Shown one piece after another: positions 43,269 to 56,786 of a stretch of DNA of 64,000 nucleotides (position 1 is the first letter of the stretch; each line of letters starts with the position of its first letter). The notes beneath the pieces were generated by a model. The model was given only the letters and a program-made list of their open reading frames with translations. It was not told the origin of the DNA and did no database searches. This DNA is from Octopus vulgaris (lineage: Eukaryota), in assembly GCA_951406725.2 (NCBI GenBank), contig OX597833.1:65534001-65598000 (forward strand). The letters run 5' to 3'. Made by a program: the position numbers and the translations under genes.

Positions 43269-43376
<108 letters not shown>

Positions 43377-43442
43377 GATATAGACAGAAATATATATACA
43401 TACATACGTACATATATATTCATATATCTAGTCATGTGTACT

Positions 43443-43680
43443 GGTAGACGGAAACTGAAAGACGCCTGACGAATATATGTGTGTGTGTGTATGTGTGTAT
43501 TACGTGTATATTTGTGTGTGCGTCTGTGTTTGTCCTTCCCATCATCGCTTGACAACTGATGTTGGTGTGTTTACGTCCCTGTAACTTAGCGGTTCGGCAA
43601 AAAGTATCCAATAGAATAGGCACTAGGCTTACAATGAATAAGTCCTTGGGTCGATTTGTTCGATTAAAGGTGGTGCTTTC
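43443..43680 (+). mobile_element. Family-B SINE, 5'-truncated
   Basis: GGTAGACGGAAACTGAAAGA...GTAACTTAGCGGTTCGGCAAAA...GATTAAAGGTGGTGCT. Confidence 0.8.
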
Positions 43681-43884
43681 TTTTAAAACATTTTATCACA
43701 TTTAAATTTCCAATTTACGATTAACTAAATTAACATAGAATAATGGATTCATATATTTCTCATAATTGAGACCTATTCTGTTAATATATAAATTCGAAAG
43801 AGATAGTTGAATATCTGTAAACTTACTTTTGAGCCACCCTTGTATATATATGCATACACACATATATGCTTGTGCATATGGACG

Positions 43885-44250
43885 TGTGTATGTATGTGTG
43901 TATGTATGTATATATGTATGTATTTATGTATGTGTGTATGTATGTATGTTTGTATGTTTGTATGAATGAACGTATGTATGCATGTATACATGTATGCATG
44001 AATATATATATGTATGAATATATGTATGTATGTATGTATGTACGTATGTATGTATGTATGCATGCATGCATGTATGTATGTATCTATGTATGTATGCATG
44101 TATGTATGTATGTACGTATGTATATATGTATGTATGTATGTATGTGTGTATGTATGTATGTATGTATGTATGTATGTATGTATGTATGTATGTATGCATG
44201 TACGTATGTATGTATGCATGTATGTATGCATGTATGTATGTATGTATGTA
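43885..44250. repeat. (TATG)n microsatellite
   Basis: Direct reading; a more degenerate tract lies at 48960-49420. Confidence 0.95.
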
Positions 44251-44760
44251 CACCCATTTAGGATGTCATAATCCAGCTATGTGTCTGAAATCATCTTCCT
44301 TATGAATCTAAAATTGTTGTCATCTCACTGGCACACACGTTCCTACGATTATATATCTGTGTGAAAATGTGTATATAGGTATTTTTGTGGGTGTATACAG
44401 ACAGGTACACTTGAGAGAGAATAATGGGGGTTTTTTTGTGATAAATGCATGTTTGCATGTATGCGTATTGCTTAGGCCAGCGAGAGTTGTTGCGTGTTGA
44501 AACGCCTGGTGTATATGCAATTATGTCACTGTACAATGTAAAAATAGTCTTGTGTGAATCGCTGCTAGACTCCAATACAAACGGCTGTTGAGTTGATTAC
44601 GCACCAATATACAGCCATAGTGAGGAAGAGAGAGAAAGAAAGAGAGAGAGAGAAATTGTTAGATAGAAAGATAGTTAAAGATAGATAGATAGATAAATAC
44701 ATTGATACATGTATACATACGTACATTGATAGATACATACATACACACACACGCACACAC

Positions 44761-44807
<47 letters not shown>

Positions 44808-45804
44808 AAGAGGAAGAAATGTATATATATATTCACATATACATATATATATCTGTGTATATATATATATATACATATGTGTGTGTGTAAAGATGTCTTA
44901 AAGACTGTTCTTTTTCTTTTCCTTTGGCCATATATATACATATGCATGTGTTTGTGAGTGTTTGTGTGCCTGTGTATGCGTCTGTATATATCTCTATATC
45001 TACCTGTATATATAAATATATATACATACACACACTCACACATATATATACACGCATATATGTATATATGTTTAGACAGACATACGCATATGACCATATG
45101 ATGTAAATATATGCATACACATACAGATTCATACTGATACATAGATGCATATACATATAATATACTTTCCTACTTAATTCCACCAATCTTTTCAATATAC
45201 CCACGACCACCACCACCACCACCACAACCACCCGTTTTTCCTACTTCTCTCTTTTGTTATATTTCTTTTACAAAATATTTAAATGACTAAATCATGTCTA
45301 TTTACTCTTATCTCAGAAAGATAGCATTCGAGCGACGAATCATGTTACAACACACACGATATTAAAATATGTGCTAGAAATATACCAATATATATTTATA
45401 TATTCTAAATTCTAAATGTATTGATATATTTTTCTAAGAATTTTGAATTATTTAATGATTTAATTAAGTTTGTCTATTAATATATCCGTTCCTAGCCGTT
45501 GAGTTCTTCATAAACACAACTCCAGTTAGCAGACGTATCAAATGGTTTTGATGAGCTAACAATGGAAAACGCCTTTCAAAGATGGCGTGCATGAATTTGT
45601 TATGCATATGGCTGTACGCTATATTAAAATAAGATGGAAGGCGTACTATTACTATAAGCAAGGTCACTAAAACTCCGACGATAAAGTTGTGTTTGGAACC
45701 ACTTAATGTTCATTTATATCTATGTACTTGCTTTTTCTATCTTAGAAACATTTTAGAATACTGTTGCTATTCTTTCACGCAAGATCTTTTAAATAGGATA
45801 ACTC

Positions 45805-45962
45805 TCACTCCGTCGGTTACGACGACGAGTGTCAGAGTTGATTCGATCAACTGCTTGTTCGATCAACACTGCTTCGGAACAGCTTGTTCGTGAAATTAAC
45901 GTGCAACTGGCTGAGTACTGCACAGACGCCCGTATCATCAACGTTGTTCTCAGGAAGATTCT
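45805..45962 (-). mobile_element. Family-C SINE 3' fragment
   Basis: CACTCCGTCGGTTACGAC...CGTGAAATTAACGTGCAACTGGCTGAG matches 9245-9375. Confidence 0.8.
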
Positions 45963-46482
45963 GAATACGCACTTGTATCAATATTTTCAACGAAGCCGTG
46001 CACTGCGTTGCTGCCGCAGTATGGCCGCAGTCCAGTGGCTGAAACGAGTGAAAGCTTCAAAATATTCCCCATAGACAGATCGGTAAATCATCATAGCTTC
46101 GACCCACACAAACACGCTCTGTAATATCTAATATTTTGTAGCCTCTCTATAGGGGGTTACAGGATCGATCCTACCTCTGCCACCACCAACAGAAAGAGGG
46201 TCGTTGTAAAACACGGCGTTGAATGGAACACTTCGCCCCTCCATCGATTCGGTCATAGTGTCTCGTAAATTATAATAACGCCAGTCTCTTACACAACCCA
46301 TAAATGTCAACTTTCAATTTACACATTTGCAAGTGTAGATCTTAGGCTATAAATATTTGCAGTAACCCACCTATGTAATAGATATGTGTGTATGCGTGTG
46401 TATATGTGTGCGTGTATGAGTGCGCGCAAGTGTGTATAGATAGATGTACACTCTTAGATGAATGTCGACGTACCTACGTACG

Positions 46483-46543
<61 letters not shown>

Positions 46544-46616
46544 TACATATATATGTATATGTATATATGCAGGTACATATATGTGTGCATGTGTGTGTGA
46601 GTGTTATATATCTATA

Positions 46617-46681
<65 letters not shown>

Positions 46682-46682
46682 G

Positions 46683-46718
<36 letters not shown>

Positions 46719-46724
46719 TAGATC

Positions 46725-46781
<57 letters not shown>

Positions 46782-47172
46782 GTATGTAGATACATAGATA
46801 GATATACATATATTCATACATGTTTATGCGACTATGTATAGATGCATATGTATAGGTATAATTATATATGCGTATATGTGAATGTATATGTGTGTGTATG
46901 TGTGTGCGCGCGCGTGTGTAAGTGCATACATACATTGACGCATATATAGCCGTATATACGCATTTATATAGATGTGTGTGTAGGTGCAAACGTGTGCTTG
47001 GTGATGAATATATATTACTATAGTCCACGATGCACATAGCGGCCTACAGATGCGCGCACACAAACACACACACACACATACACATGCATACCCAGGAACT
47101 CATTCTTGTATACACACAAACAACACTTAAAGCATACATATATAAATATGTATTTAAACAGAAACGTTGTTT

Positions 47173-47231
<59 letters not shown>

Positions 47232-47478
47232 CGACAGCTGCTACAGGGTCTCGCCAAGGAGACTCATCCATTCAGTCACCAAGTAGTCGGTGTGAAGAAA
47301 TGAAATATAGCATTGGGACTCCACGTCTTTCCGAAATAATTGTATTTCTTCCATTTTATGTTCTATATTCAGATCTATAGCAGACCAGAAAATGTTTCAA
47401 GTAACGAACACACATACACATACATACATGCACACAGACATACACATATAGACAGTCACATACACAGACTCACACACA

Positions 47479-47524
<46 letters not shown>

Positions 47525-47525
<1 letters not shown>

Positions 47526-47763
47526 ACGGAGATGTACTTGCATAGCAAGTGATTTGATCTGAGATCGTGTGCTGAAACGAAAACAATTGCAGCGTGGAAG
47601 GTGTTTGTAAGCCATTTAAGAAACACACAAAAGCCGTTCAACAGGTCGCAGTCTTAAAGCGACGAAAATATTTTGACAAATTTAAACTTGAATGTTGAAG
47701 TGAATCGAACGGCTTTTGTGTGTTTCTTAAATGGCTTACAAACACCTTCCACGCTGCAATTGT
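47525..47763. mobile_element. (TA)n-embedded mini-element with a perfect 57-bp inverted repeat and a partial hammerhead
   Basis: Arms 47583-47639 / 47707-47763; spacer contains AACAG GUCGC agucuuaaa GCGAC GAAA AUAU UU UGACAA. Confidence 0.8.
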
Positions 47764-47764
47764 A

Positions 47765-47827
<63 letters not shown>

Positions 47828-48142
47828 GTATTTGTATGTATATATATATATGTGTGTGAGTATATATATATAAATGTATGTACACACACACACACACACT
47901 CACACACACACACACACATTTATATGTGTACGTATATATGCATATATATTTGCTCGAAGTGTGGAGTAGATAAACAGCCGACAACTGATGAAGGATCTTC
48001 CTATATGTTACTTGTTTTGTTTTCCATCTGTTTCTTTTTTTGTTCGCAAAAAAGTTCGTATTCCATGTTTTCGTATTCCGTAATTCATGTTGTTTACGTT
48101 TTATGATGTCCTGTACCCGTATATGCATATGATTATACATAC

Positions 48143-48219
<77 letters not shown>

Positions 48220-48244
48220 CGTACATACATACTGATATATATAT

Positions 48245-48425
48245 AGACCGTTAGCTCCTACACGCATTTTTTCTCTCTCCTTGTTTTTTTTCTGTGTATC
48301 TTTCTGTCGAAGAGCGTAGGCTCTAAACGCAAAAGACTTTTTCTATTCCTGAGCGCTATACTAATGCATTTGTTTGTTTGTACTCCCCCTGCCTTCGTCT
48401 TTTGTTTATTTTCGTAAACTTTCCC
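48245..48425 (+). mobile_element. ~180-bp (TA)n-embedded mini-element with decayed hammerhead (48299-48336)
   Basis: Reverse complement matches 331-415; UCUUU CUGUCGA A GAGC guag GCUC uAAA C GcA AAAGA. Confidence 0.65.
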
Positions 48426-50873
48426 TTTATATATATATACATATATAGATAGATAGATAGATAGATAGATATGTTATATATATATATGCATGTGTGTGTG
48501 TATTTACTTCCATAATTTGATGTCTATACCAAGCTCAAAAACACTCATGATGTTTTTCTTAAAAGTGTTGGGTTTTTTTCCTCTTTTCCTTCTACCCCTT
48601 TATTCGTATTTCGTGCTCCTAGATTCCGGCTCTATTTGCCCTTGAATCACAAAGTAACTTCCCCCCTTGAGCACGGGAACTGATGCATATGACACGAAGG
48701 CATTTCCTCACACAGGTCGTCCGCCATGTTACACTCCTGAGCGTTGGTTCTCCTCCTACCTGTACTCTTTAGTTCAGCTACAAAATCATCAGCTCTTTGA
48801 CTCATAGCTAGGTTGCTTGACAAATGCTGTTACACTGGTATTACAGCTCCTGAGAGATGATGATGAGTAAGGGTTAACCTAATACTCCCTAAAACATCTG
48901 GACTCAATGACTTAGAGTCTTACTCTCGAATGGATTCTAATATCTTACTCTTACTTGTATGTAAGTAAGTATGAATAATGTATTTATGTATGTATGCATA
49001 TATGTATTTATACATGTCTGTATGTGTGTATATGTACGCGTGCAAGTACGTATATATGTATGCATGTATGTATGCACGCACGTTTGTATGTATGTATTTA
49101 TTTATGTACCTATGCATGCAGGTATGCATGTATATATACATGTATGTATGTACGCATGTATGTATTTATTTATATATGTATCATGTATGCATGTATGCAT
49201 GTATGTATGTATTTACTTATGTACCTATGTAAGCATATATGCATGTATATATGCATGTATGTATGCACGCATGTATGTATGTATTATTTATGTATTTATG
49301 CATCTATGTTTACATGCATGTATGTATGTATTTATTTATTATCTACGTATGCATATATGCATGTATATACGTGTGTATCTATGCATGTATCTATGTTTGT
49401 ATGTATGTATGTATGTACGTGTGTTATAGACCTTTCATGCTATATTAAAAGCGGAAATATTTTTGCTGTATACGCTACATTACAAATGTCAGATAGAAAA
49501 CATCTTTGATGCATACACACACACACACCAACACACATGAACACACATAAACACACATACACCTTACATCGATATTCTCCCATATATGCATACATATATA
49601 TGTATGTATAAAAGTATATATGCCTACAAATATATATATATACACATATAAATATCCCTACCTACCCACACACGCTCAGATACATATCTATATATGTATC
49701 TAAGTATCTATGTATTTATGTACGTATGTATTTATCTGTGTTTATTGTACTTTCATGAACCTCCTTCTATAAAACATAAATAAAACACAAAGCTATATAA
49801 ACGCAATAAACTGAGTCTATTTTTAGTGTACCTTCTTTACAAAGAAGCGCAAAAACAAAGCCACGTGCCCTAGTGACCATTGGCATATGCTTATATCCAT
49901 AGCCCCTTGGCTACCATAGACCCAAACCCCACAGCTATAAAGCGATGCTTGCAATAAAAAATCTAAAACAATGGCAGGAACATTGTCTTTTAGTATTTCC
50001 GTTCATGTTGATGCTTTATTTAATATGAACGTCAGAGGCTGGATGGATAAAAACCAGAGACAGACAGGGAGATAGAGATATAGTGAGAGAGATAAAGAAA
50101 GATGGAGTCGATGGCTGAGAGAGATAGGAAGAAGCGAAGAGGGGAGAGAATGTGTGTTATATGGAGAGGCGAAAAGTTGGAGAAGAGATAGAGTGTGTAT
50201 GGACTATATAAAGGAGGAGAAAAAAATAGTATCTTAGTCGAATCAATAGCTTTGCAAAACATTATAAAATTAGTAGTATATCAATAGGTTTCGTGTCTAT
50301 AAGAGATTAATATAGGCAGAAAAACAAACAAATGAATTGACGGTTGTCATGAATGAAACTCATAAAAAGTTTTACAGAAAATAGCTGCTGTATTTGTTTA
50401 TGGCGTTTTAGTACAAACAAAGAAACAAACACATATAATAGAACAACACGATACGTAAGCTAAACACAACTAAAACCAACTGAACCGCACCAACCGACAG
50501 AACAGCCAACCAACCAAGCGATCAACCAATGAACAGACAGATAGCAGAGATTTGTTGGTATTGTTTGTTTGTTTGTTAGTTTGTTTTACTTTTATGTATT
50601 TGTTGTTGTTGGTTTTTGTATTTTGTTGTCTTTTTTTTGGTGGGGGGGGTTCTTCTTTGTTTTTTAACGTTCCTTCTAACAGTGAAACATTGATCCACAA
50701 TAAACTATTTGATATCTTCTGCGTGTGTGGAAATCTTTTAATTTTTAAATGTTTTCGATGCATGAATAATATATGTGATGTATATATGAGTGCTCGTATT
50801 TGCATATATATATACGTTTATATACATATACAAGCATGCATAAATACATACATATATACACACACACACAACC

Positions 50874-50920
<47 letters not shown>

Positions 50921-51484
50921 AGACATATATATATGTATATATATATATAGACACACATATATATAAGCACATGCGTATATAAGCACATATGCACATATGT
51001 ATGCTTATACATACACACACACACATGTATATGAATGTATATATTTGTGTGTATATGAATGTATATATTTGAATGTATATATTTGTGTAACACACATATA
51101 GATACGCACTTATATTGTAAATAGTGTAAATAGATGTGTATGTGTGTGTATGTATATATTTGTACGTGTGTGTGTGTTTCTGTATGTGTGTGTGTATGTA
51201 ATTATATGTATGTGTACATGCATACGCTCTACACATGCCATATAGCTTGTACTACGTGACAGTCCCATCATCAGCTGTCAGCTAAAATATTTACAATTTT
51301 GTCACTTTTCGATAGCATGGTCCCCAGTTCGTGACTCGCTCCCCCTCTAGCTCTGCTTAGGTCATTGTCAGCCTGTTAGGACATTTTTGACGCAGCCACA
51401 ATCTCATAAAATCCCTCCATTTATAGAAGCACTCTTCAATGCTTTCCTCGATGCTCACATGATTCCTTGTTTTATAGCTTCTTC

Positions 51485-51543
51485 GGCTCTGACGAAGCTA
51501 TAAGCTATTGCACAAGCACAGAGCTTTGAAACAGCTGTAAACT
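51485..51543 (+). ncRNA. Partly decayed Penelope-type hammerhead motif
   Basis: GGCU CUGACGA AGCU...AGCU UU GAAA CAGCUG UA AACU; canonical core, palindromic ACAGCUGU stem III, GUA site; stem I has a mismatch. Confidence 0.6.
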
Positions 51544-51629
51544 AATGAAATCGATTACGAATTGTTTTTTTCTTTGTCACACAACAATTAATATTACCCT
51601 CTCTTGCAACAATTAATATTTCCCTGGAA

Positions 51630-51828
51630 GCAATGGCAGCAGGCCGGACAATTTGTCCGCGCCATTTTATCCGTCTTTACTTTCTGCGTTCAAATGCTGC
51701 CGAGGTCGATTTTGCATTTCATTCTCTCGAGGTCGATAAATAAGAAGCAGCTGAACATTGTGGGCGATATAATCGACGTAACCCACTCGACTCCGAAATT
51801 ACTAGCCTTCTGTCAAATTTTGAAACCT
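51630..51828 (+). mobile_element. Old family-A SINE
   Basis: GTTCAAATGCTGCCGAGGTCGATTTTGCATTTCATTCTCTCGAGGTCGATAAATAAG. Confidence 0.65.
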
Positions 51829-52324
51829 GCATTACAATGTCTGTTCTTCTAACACTTTTGGTTCATGAATAGGTATTTTGATTTCTAATAACTGTTTTAA
51901 CGAAATCATGACATGACATAAATGTATGTGTGTGTGTGTTTGTGTGTGTGTCTGTGTTTGTGTGGTTGTGTGTAATATTAAACATATGTGTGTATGTACG
52001 TAGCTTGGTCTCATTGCGTCAACATGCTTACCAACACATTTCTATATAATCCGCCATTTCATAATCTTCCCATGTGCATTCGTTTCCTCACACAAACCAT
52101 TTTCATTGAAATTTCAACTTTAATATACAGCAAATAGCTTTCTCTGTTCTATTTCCTTTCTCTTAATCGTTTCTGTGGCAAATACATTCGTATCTTGTAA
52201 GTTATGAGCCAACAATTTTCTTTTCAAACCAAACAAGAAAACCAAACAATTACTCGTATATATATACATACATGTGTGTGTATGTATATATGTGCGTGTA
52301 TACGCGCGTGCACGTGTGTATTGT

Positions 52325-52488
52325 TTTATTATTTTATTTGTTTCAGCCATTTGACTGCGGCCATGCTAGAGCATGACCTTTAGTCGAAGAAATCGACTCC
52401 AGGACTTATTCTTTGTAAGCCTAGTGCATATTCTATCGGTTTCTTTTGCCGAATCGCGAAGTTATAGTTATGGGGACGTAAACACACT

Positions 52489-52490
<2 letters not shown>
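52325..52490 (-). mobile_element. Family-B SINE 3' half
   Basis: TTGACTGCGGCCATGCTAGAGCA...GGGGACGTAAACACAC. Confidence 0.8.
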
Positions 52491-52569
<79 letters not shown>

Positions 52570-54418
52570 ATGTCTGTGTGTGTGTATGTATATTAAGCAA
52601 AATATAAATTAGAGGTTATGCAACCATCTAAGAGGTAGATGTATCGCTAGGCGCTCCTGGTGTATTACCTTACTATGTACAGTCCTAGCTATGAGGTATA
52701 TAGTAGTAGGTAATTTAAAGGTAAAATCGTAGTTAAATATATAAAGAAATGGAACATTAGTAGTTCCGAACTAAAATTAAATAATGACTTTTTAATATCA
52801 ATGATCAACGTCTCGTTGTTAATTATTGCTCCATTTCTTTTCTGTTCTATATATCTAAAATTTATTTAAAGGTCACAATATATGTGTGAAAGCACTACTA
52901 GTAGTTTCATATGTTGAGGAATCTCAAACATGTTCTTCAAACCACATATCATAATGAACTAAAGAAACTGAATAATAGATAAACGAGAAAAAAACTGAGA
53001 AGGCAGCATATAGAAAACGCAGACAGTAAACAGCGGAAAACGAAAAACACAAACTAAAACGTAAAAAAATATTAAGTAAGAAGATAAAAGAGCTATCTTC
53101 CTCAGACCTTAATTGATAAAGTTGGAAAGATATCAATTAAGTCAATAAGCGGAATTTTCCAGTACTTTAAAATTTATTTATACGTATGCATGCAACTACT
53201 GAAAATTTCTGACCTGGAGTTCAATACAGAGTTAAGGATCTTAGATCTGAACAGGATCTGCGCTCTTTCAGCCTACCAAAGTCTATATATATTCGATCCA
53301 TTCTCATAAGGTATGGATTTCTCAATTGCTTTCCATTTAATCACATGCAGCATTTCGTCATCTTTCAAAGTCCATATAGCTGCTACCCCAATATAACAGA
53401 TAACGAGAAACTGTGTATTTTGCGTTGGAATAAACAGTAAATGGGAACCTACTTCTTATCCATCCTGTACACACATATAGGCAGGGTCGCCATTGCTGGA
53501 ACAAATTTGCTCATAGCTTGCTCCTTGCATGTTCAAGTTTTACTGGAGGTAAATCGCAGTACAATTAACAGCTCAGCCTCTCGTGAAAATCACCTGTTAT
53601 TAACACGAGCTGCAGGAAGTAACAGCCAAATTCTTCAATTCACACCTTAATGTCTTAAACATTTAGAAAATGATTCAAGCACACAATGTAATCGTAATAC
53701 GAAGAACAGGAGTGTGATGATCCGTTCATTTTTTTTTGATCAGATGGCGCTGCACTCCTATTTTGATTGATGGCTGCCTTCTGGCTAAGCATGAATAACA
53801 AACATACTAACAAAACAAAAAAAAAACCCAGATAAACACAGATAAACAGACAAGCTATCAGAATATTATTCTGAAAAGAAAAACAATAAGAAATAATACA
53901 AATTCAAAGAATAGAAGTAAAAAAAAAAAACAACAAAATAAGATAGTAACGATGATAACAGAAATACGAAACTAAACCCAAATGCCTTTTGGACAGTTAA
54001 TCTTAATTGAGGGTATTAAGTTCATCGAGATTAAATTGTAGTCTTACGGTTTCAATGCTCGCAGGCAAAATTTGGTTTTGGTTTTAGTTGGTGTCAAATG
54101 TATTTATTTATTTTTATTTTATTTTTCTTCTTTAGTTTTTGAGGGAAAAAATTATCAAAAGAAATATATAAACCTGACACCAGGTTCATTTTTGTGCGCT
54201 TTGTTGGTGGTTGAGCCGACGGGAGGAAATGAGTTGAGATTAAATTATAAAAGAACTTGACAACACGTTTTACAATGCAGAGTAAATGTAGGAAAACTCC
54301 ACAGCAAAGGAACAGGACTAAACTTTAAGAGCAACGCTTGATACTCGTTGCAATACTCCGAGTAAGACAAGAAGATTAAGCTATACAATACTCTGTGATA
54401 CTCTGTTGTTAAATATAG

Positions 54419-54753
54419 TTTTCTACTCTAGGCACAAGGCCCGAAATTTTTAGCGAGATGGGGGCCACGCGATTAGATCGATCCCAGTATGCAACAGGTA
54501 CTTAACTTAATCGACTCTGAAAGGATGAAAGGCAAAGTCGACCTCGGCGGAATTTGAACTTGTGGGCAGTAAAGAAATAGGTATTTCATCTGTCTTTACG
54601 GTCTGAGTTCAAATTCCGCAGAGGCTGGCTTTGCCTTTTATCTTTTCGGGGTTGATAAATTAAGTACCAGTTATGTACTGGAGTCGATCTAATCGACTGG
54701 TGCTCCCCCCCCAAAAAAAAAAAAATGTCAGGCCTTGTGCCTAGTGTAGAAAA
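54419..54753. mobile_element. Two family-A SINE bodies in inverted orientation
   Basis: 54419-54560 (minus) and 54561-54753 (plus); outer ends TTTTCTACTCTAGGCACAAGGCC / GGCCTTGTGCCTAGTGTAGAAAA. Confidence 0.85.
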
Positions 54754-55247
54754 GTTTTTGTCTTCGCTTTTGTATTCTATTTGTCTCCCACCACTGTTTG
54801 ACAACTGTTGTTTGCTTTTTTTACGTCTCCGTAACTTGGGGGCTCGAGAAAAGACACCGATAGAGGAAATGCCAGGCTCACCAAAAAAAAAAGCGCTGTG
54901 ATGGAGTTCTACGACTAAAGCTAAAACCACTAAAAGATACGATAAAATATAACTGATAAACGATACAGCGATTCAAGTGAAATCTATTGATTTTGGTCTA
55001 CATTTTGCTAGCAGTTCACATCCCACGGGCGTACAGAAAAAACTAACATAATGTCCCTATAGACCTTTCGTTTTGCATGGAGGAGGCAGTCATTTCTTCT
55101 CTCAAAGGTTTTTCACTGTTGACTTCACTGTCCTTGGGGACGATTCTTCAGAAAATGTGTGAACGTGTCAATGTGTGGAACTGTGAACAGATTATAATGC
55201 ACGCCTGAAAGTTCAACATTTGTACGCAAAGACCTATTTAGTATTAA

Positions 55248-55759
55248 CTAGCAGTTTCGCCCGGCGTTGCTCGGGTTTGTAAGGGAAATAACTATATAAG
55301 CATTTTTAGAGAGTTACTTCCTTTATAGATGCCAATTCGGGCTTTCTTAGCCATTTCTGTTTTGGTGTCTTCAAGCCATGAAGTCGTTGTTCTAAAAGAA
55401 CGCTGGTCTCCTTGACAACGCATTACGACGTTGATTTCCTTAAACTCCCTTCCCCACAACTTCACGAGGGAGGGAAGAAGGGGAGAAGCAAACAGGTGCA
55501 GGTGTGACCGTGGACGCCAACTCCGCCGCCATCGACACACGAAAAATTATGCATTAAAATGGAATAAAAAATGATGTTAAATTATTTTTAAAATCGTAGA
55601 CTCATCGTAGACGCGCGCTAATAGCCAGACGGGCTCGATATGAATCACGACTATAAGATACCCGGTTTTGGTTAAACTGCACCGCAAAATGTGGGAGGAG
55701 TTAGGAATCCAAATCGTAGGAGACAGACACTCACACAACTACAGTTTTATATATATAGA
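55248..55759 (-). mobile_element. Non-autonomous Helitron, copy 3 (512 bp)
   Basis: A|TC...hairpin...CTAG|T on the minus strand; near-identical to 29709-30221. Confidence 0.88.
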
Positions 55760-56225
55760 TATTTCTAAATCTCTCTAAAGGAGACTACGGCAGCGGTACT
55801 GGATATTAATAGTTATCGCCAAGCAAATATGGCAATCAAGAAATATAGGATGAATGCTGCCGTTGATTAGCTCCAAGAGGTCATCGCCTCTAACTAGCTA
55901 TGTGACACACAAACCTGTGTGCATTATAATTTGGAACAGGGGAGGGCAACCGTTTCCCCTTGCTGGTCTGGCACCTACAAACTAGTTTCAGGGTATTTGC
56001 CCCTTATGAATGTAGAGCAGCCGAATCCAGCAGCCGTCGCTGCTGGCCGTCTGTTCGAAGAATTATTTACCTAAATTCAGTGGAAATACATCCACTGGTT
56101 TTCAAAAATAGAAATATTAATATTTCTAAATCGCTCTGCCTGGGGAAGATCATTTTGTTTCCATGCCTTATTGTTTAACACATGCACCGGTTCAGTTTCC
56201 ACTCATTTACTTTTTTTATATTTTT

Positions 56226-56264
56226 ACTAAAATTTTCGTTGCGTCTTGCAACCTTTTCAATAGT
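56226..56264 (-). ncRNA. Minimal hammerhead-like motif with U3-A8 core covariation
   Basis: Minus strand ACUA UUGAAAA G GUUGC aagac GCAAC GAAA AUU U UAGU: stem I ACUA/UAGU, 5-bp stem II, palindromic AAUU stem III; lies between inverted arms at about 56163-56212 and 56298-56346. Confidence 0.6.
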
Positions 56265-56742
56265 CGCCGACTCTGTCCCTTTTTCCGGGCTACATTAGAA
56301 GTAAATGAGTGGAAACTGAACAGGTGCGTGTGTGAAATAGTAAGACACAAAAAGACAACGACTCTCGCCAGACACGACAGAATATGCTTCAGCACAGGAA
56401 CTCACATAAAGAATCTTGCAAACCAAATTCCAAAACGAAATACATATATATATGGCAAATGAAAGACTTTCGTAGCCTTTAGGGTGGGCGCATGTCTTTG
56501 TAGTTACGGGTATTCGACTCACGATCGTAAATTCATGGGTTCGATACACGGCGGCGCAGTGTATCCTTGAGCAAGATACTTTATTTCCTGTTAATCCAGT
56601 ACACTCGACTGACAAGAATGAGTACAGTTGTAGTAGTGGAAGTTGTGATGGTGGTGGTAATGGTGATGGTGATGGTAGTCGTAGTTGTTATGACCTCTCT
56701 GCCATTTTGCTATGCGCATGGAGCCTAAACCACGTCATCGAA

Positions 56743-56786
<44 letters not shown>

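Noticed and set aside
43810-43844. Tc1-like TIR (minus TACAAGGGTGGCTCAAAAGTAAG)
   Set aside because: Solo end with no partner or transposase remnant.
47985-48005. CUGAUGAAGGA in a TA-embedded repeat
   Set aside because: No downstream GAAA/NUH in this copy.
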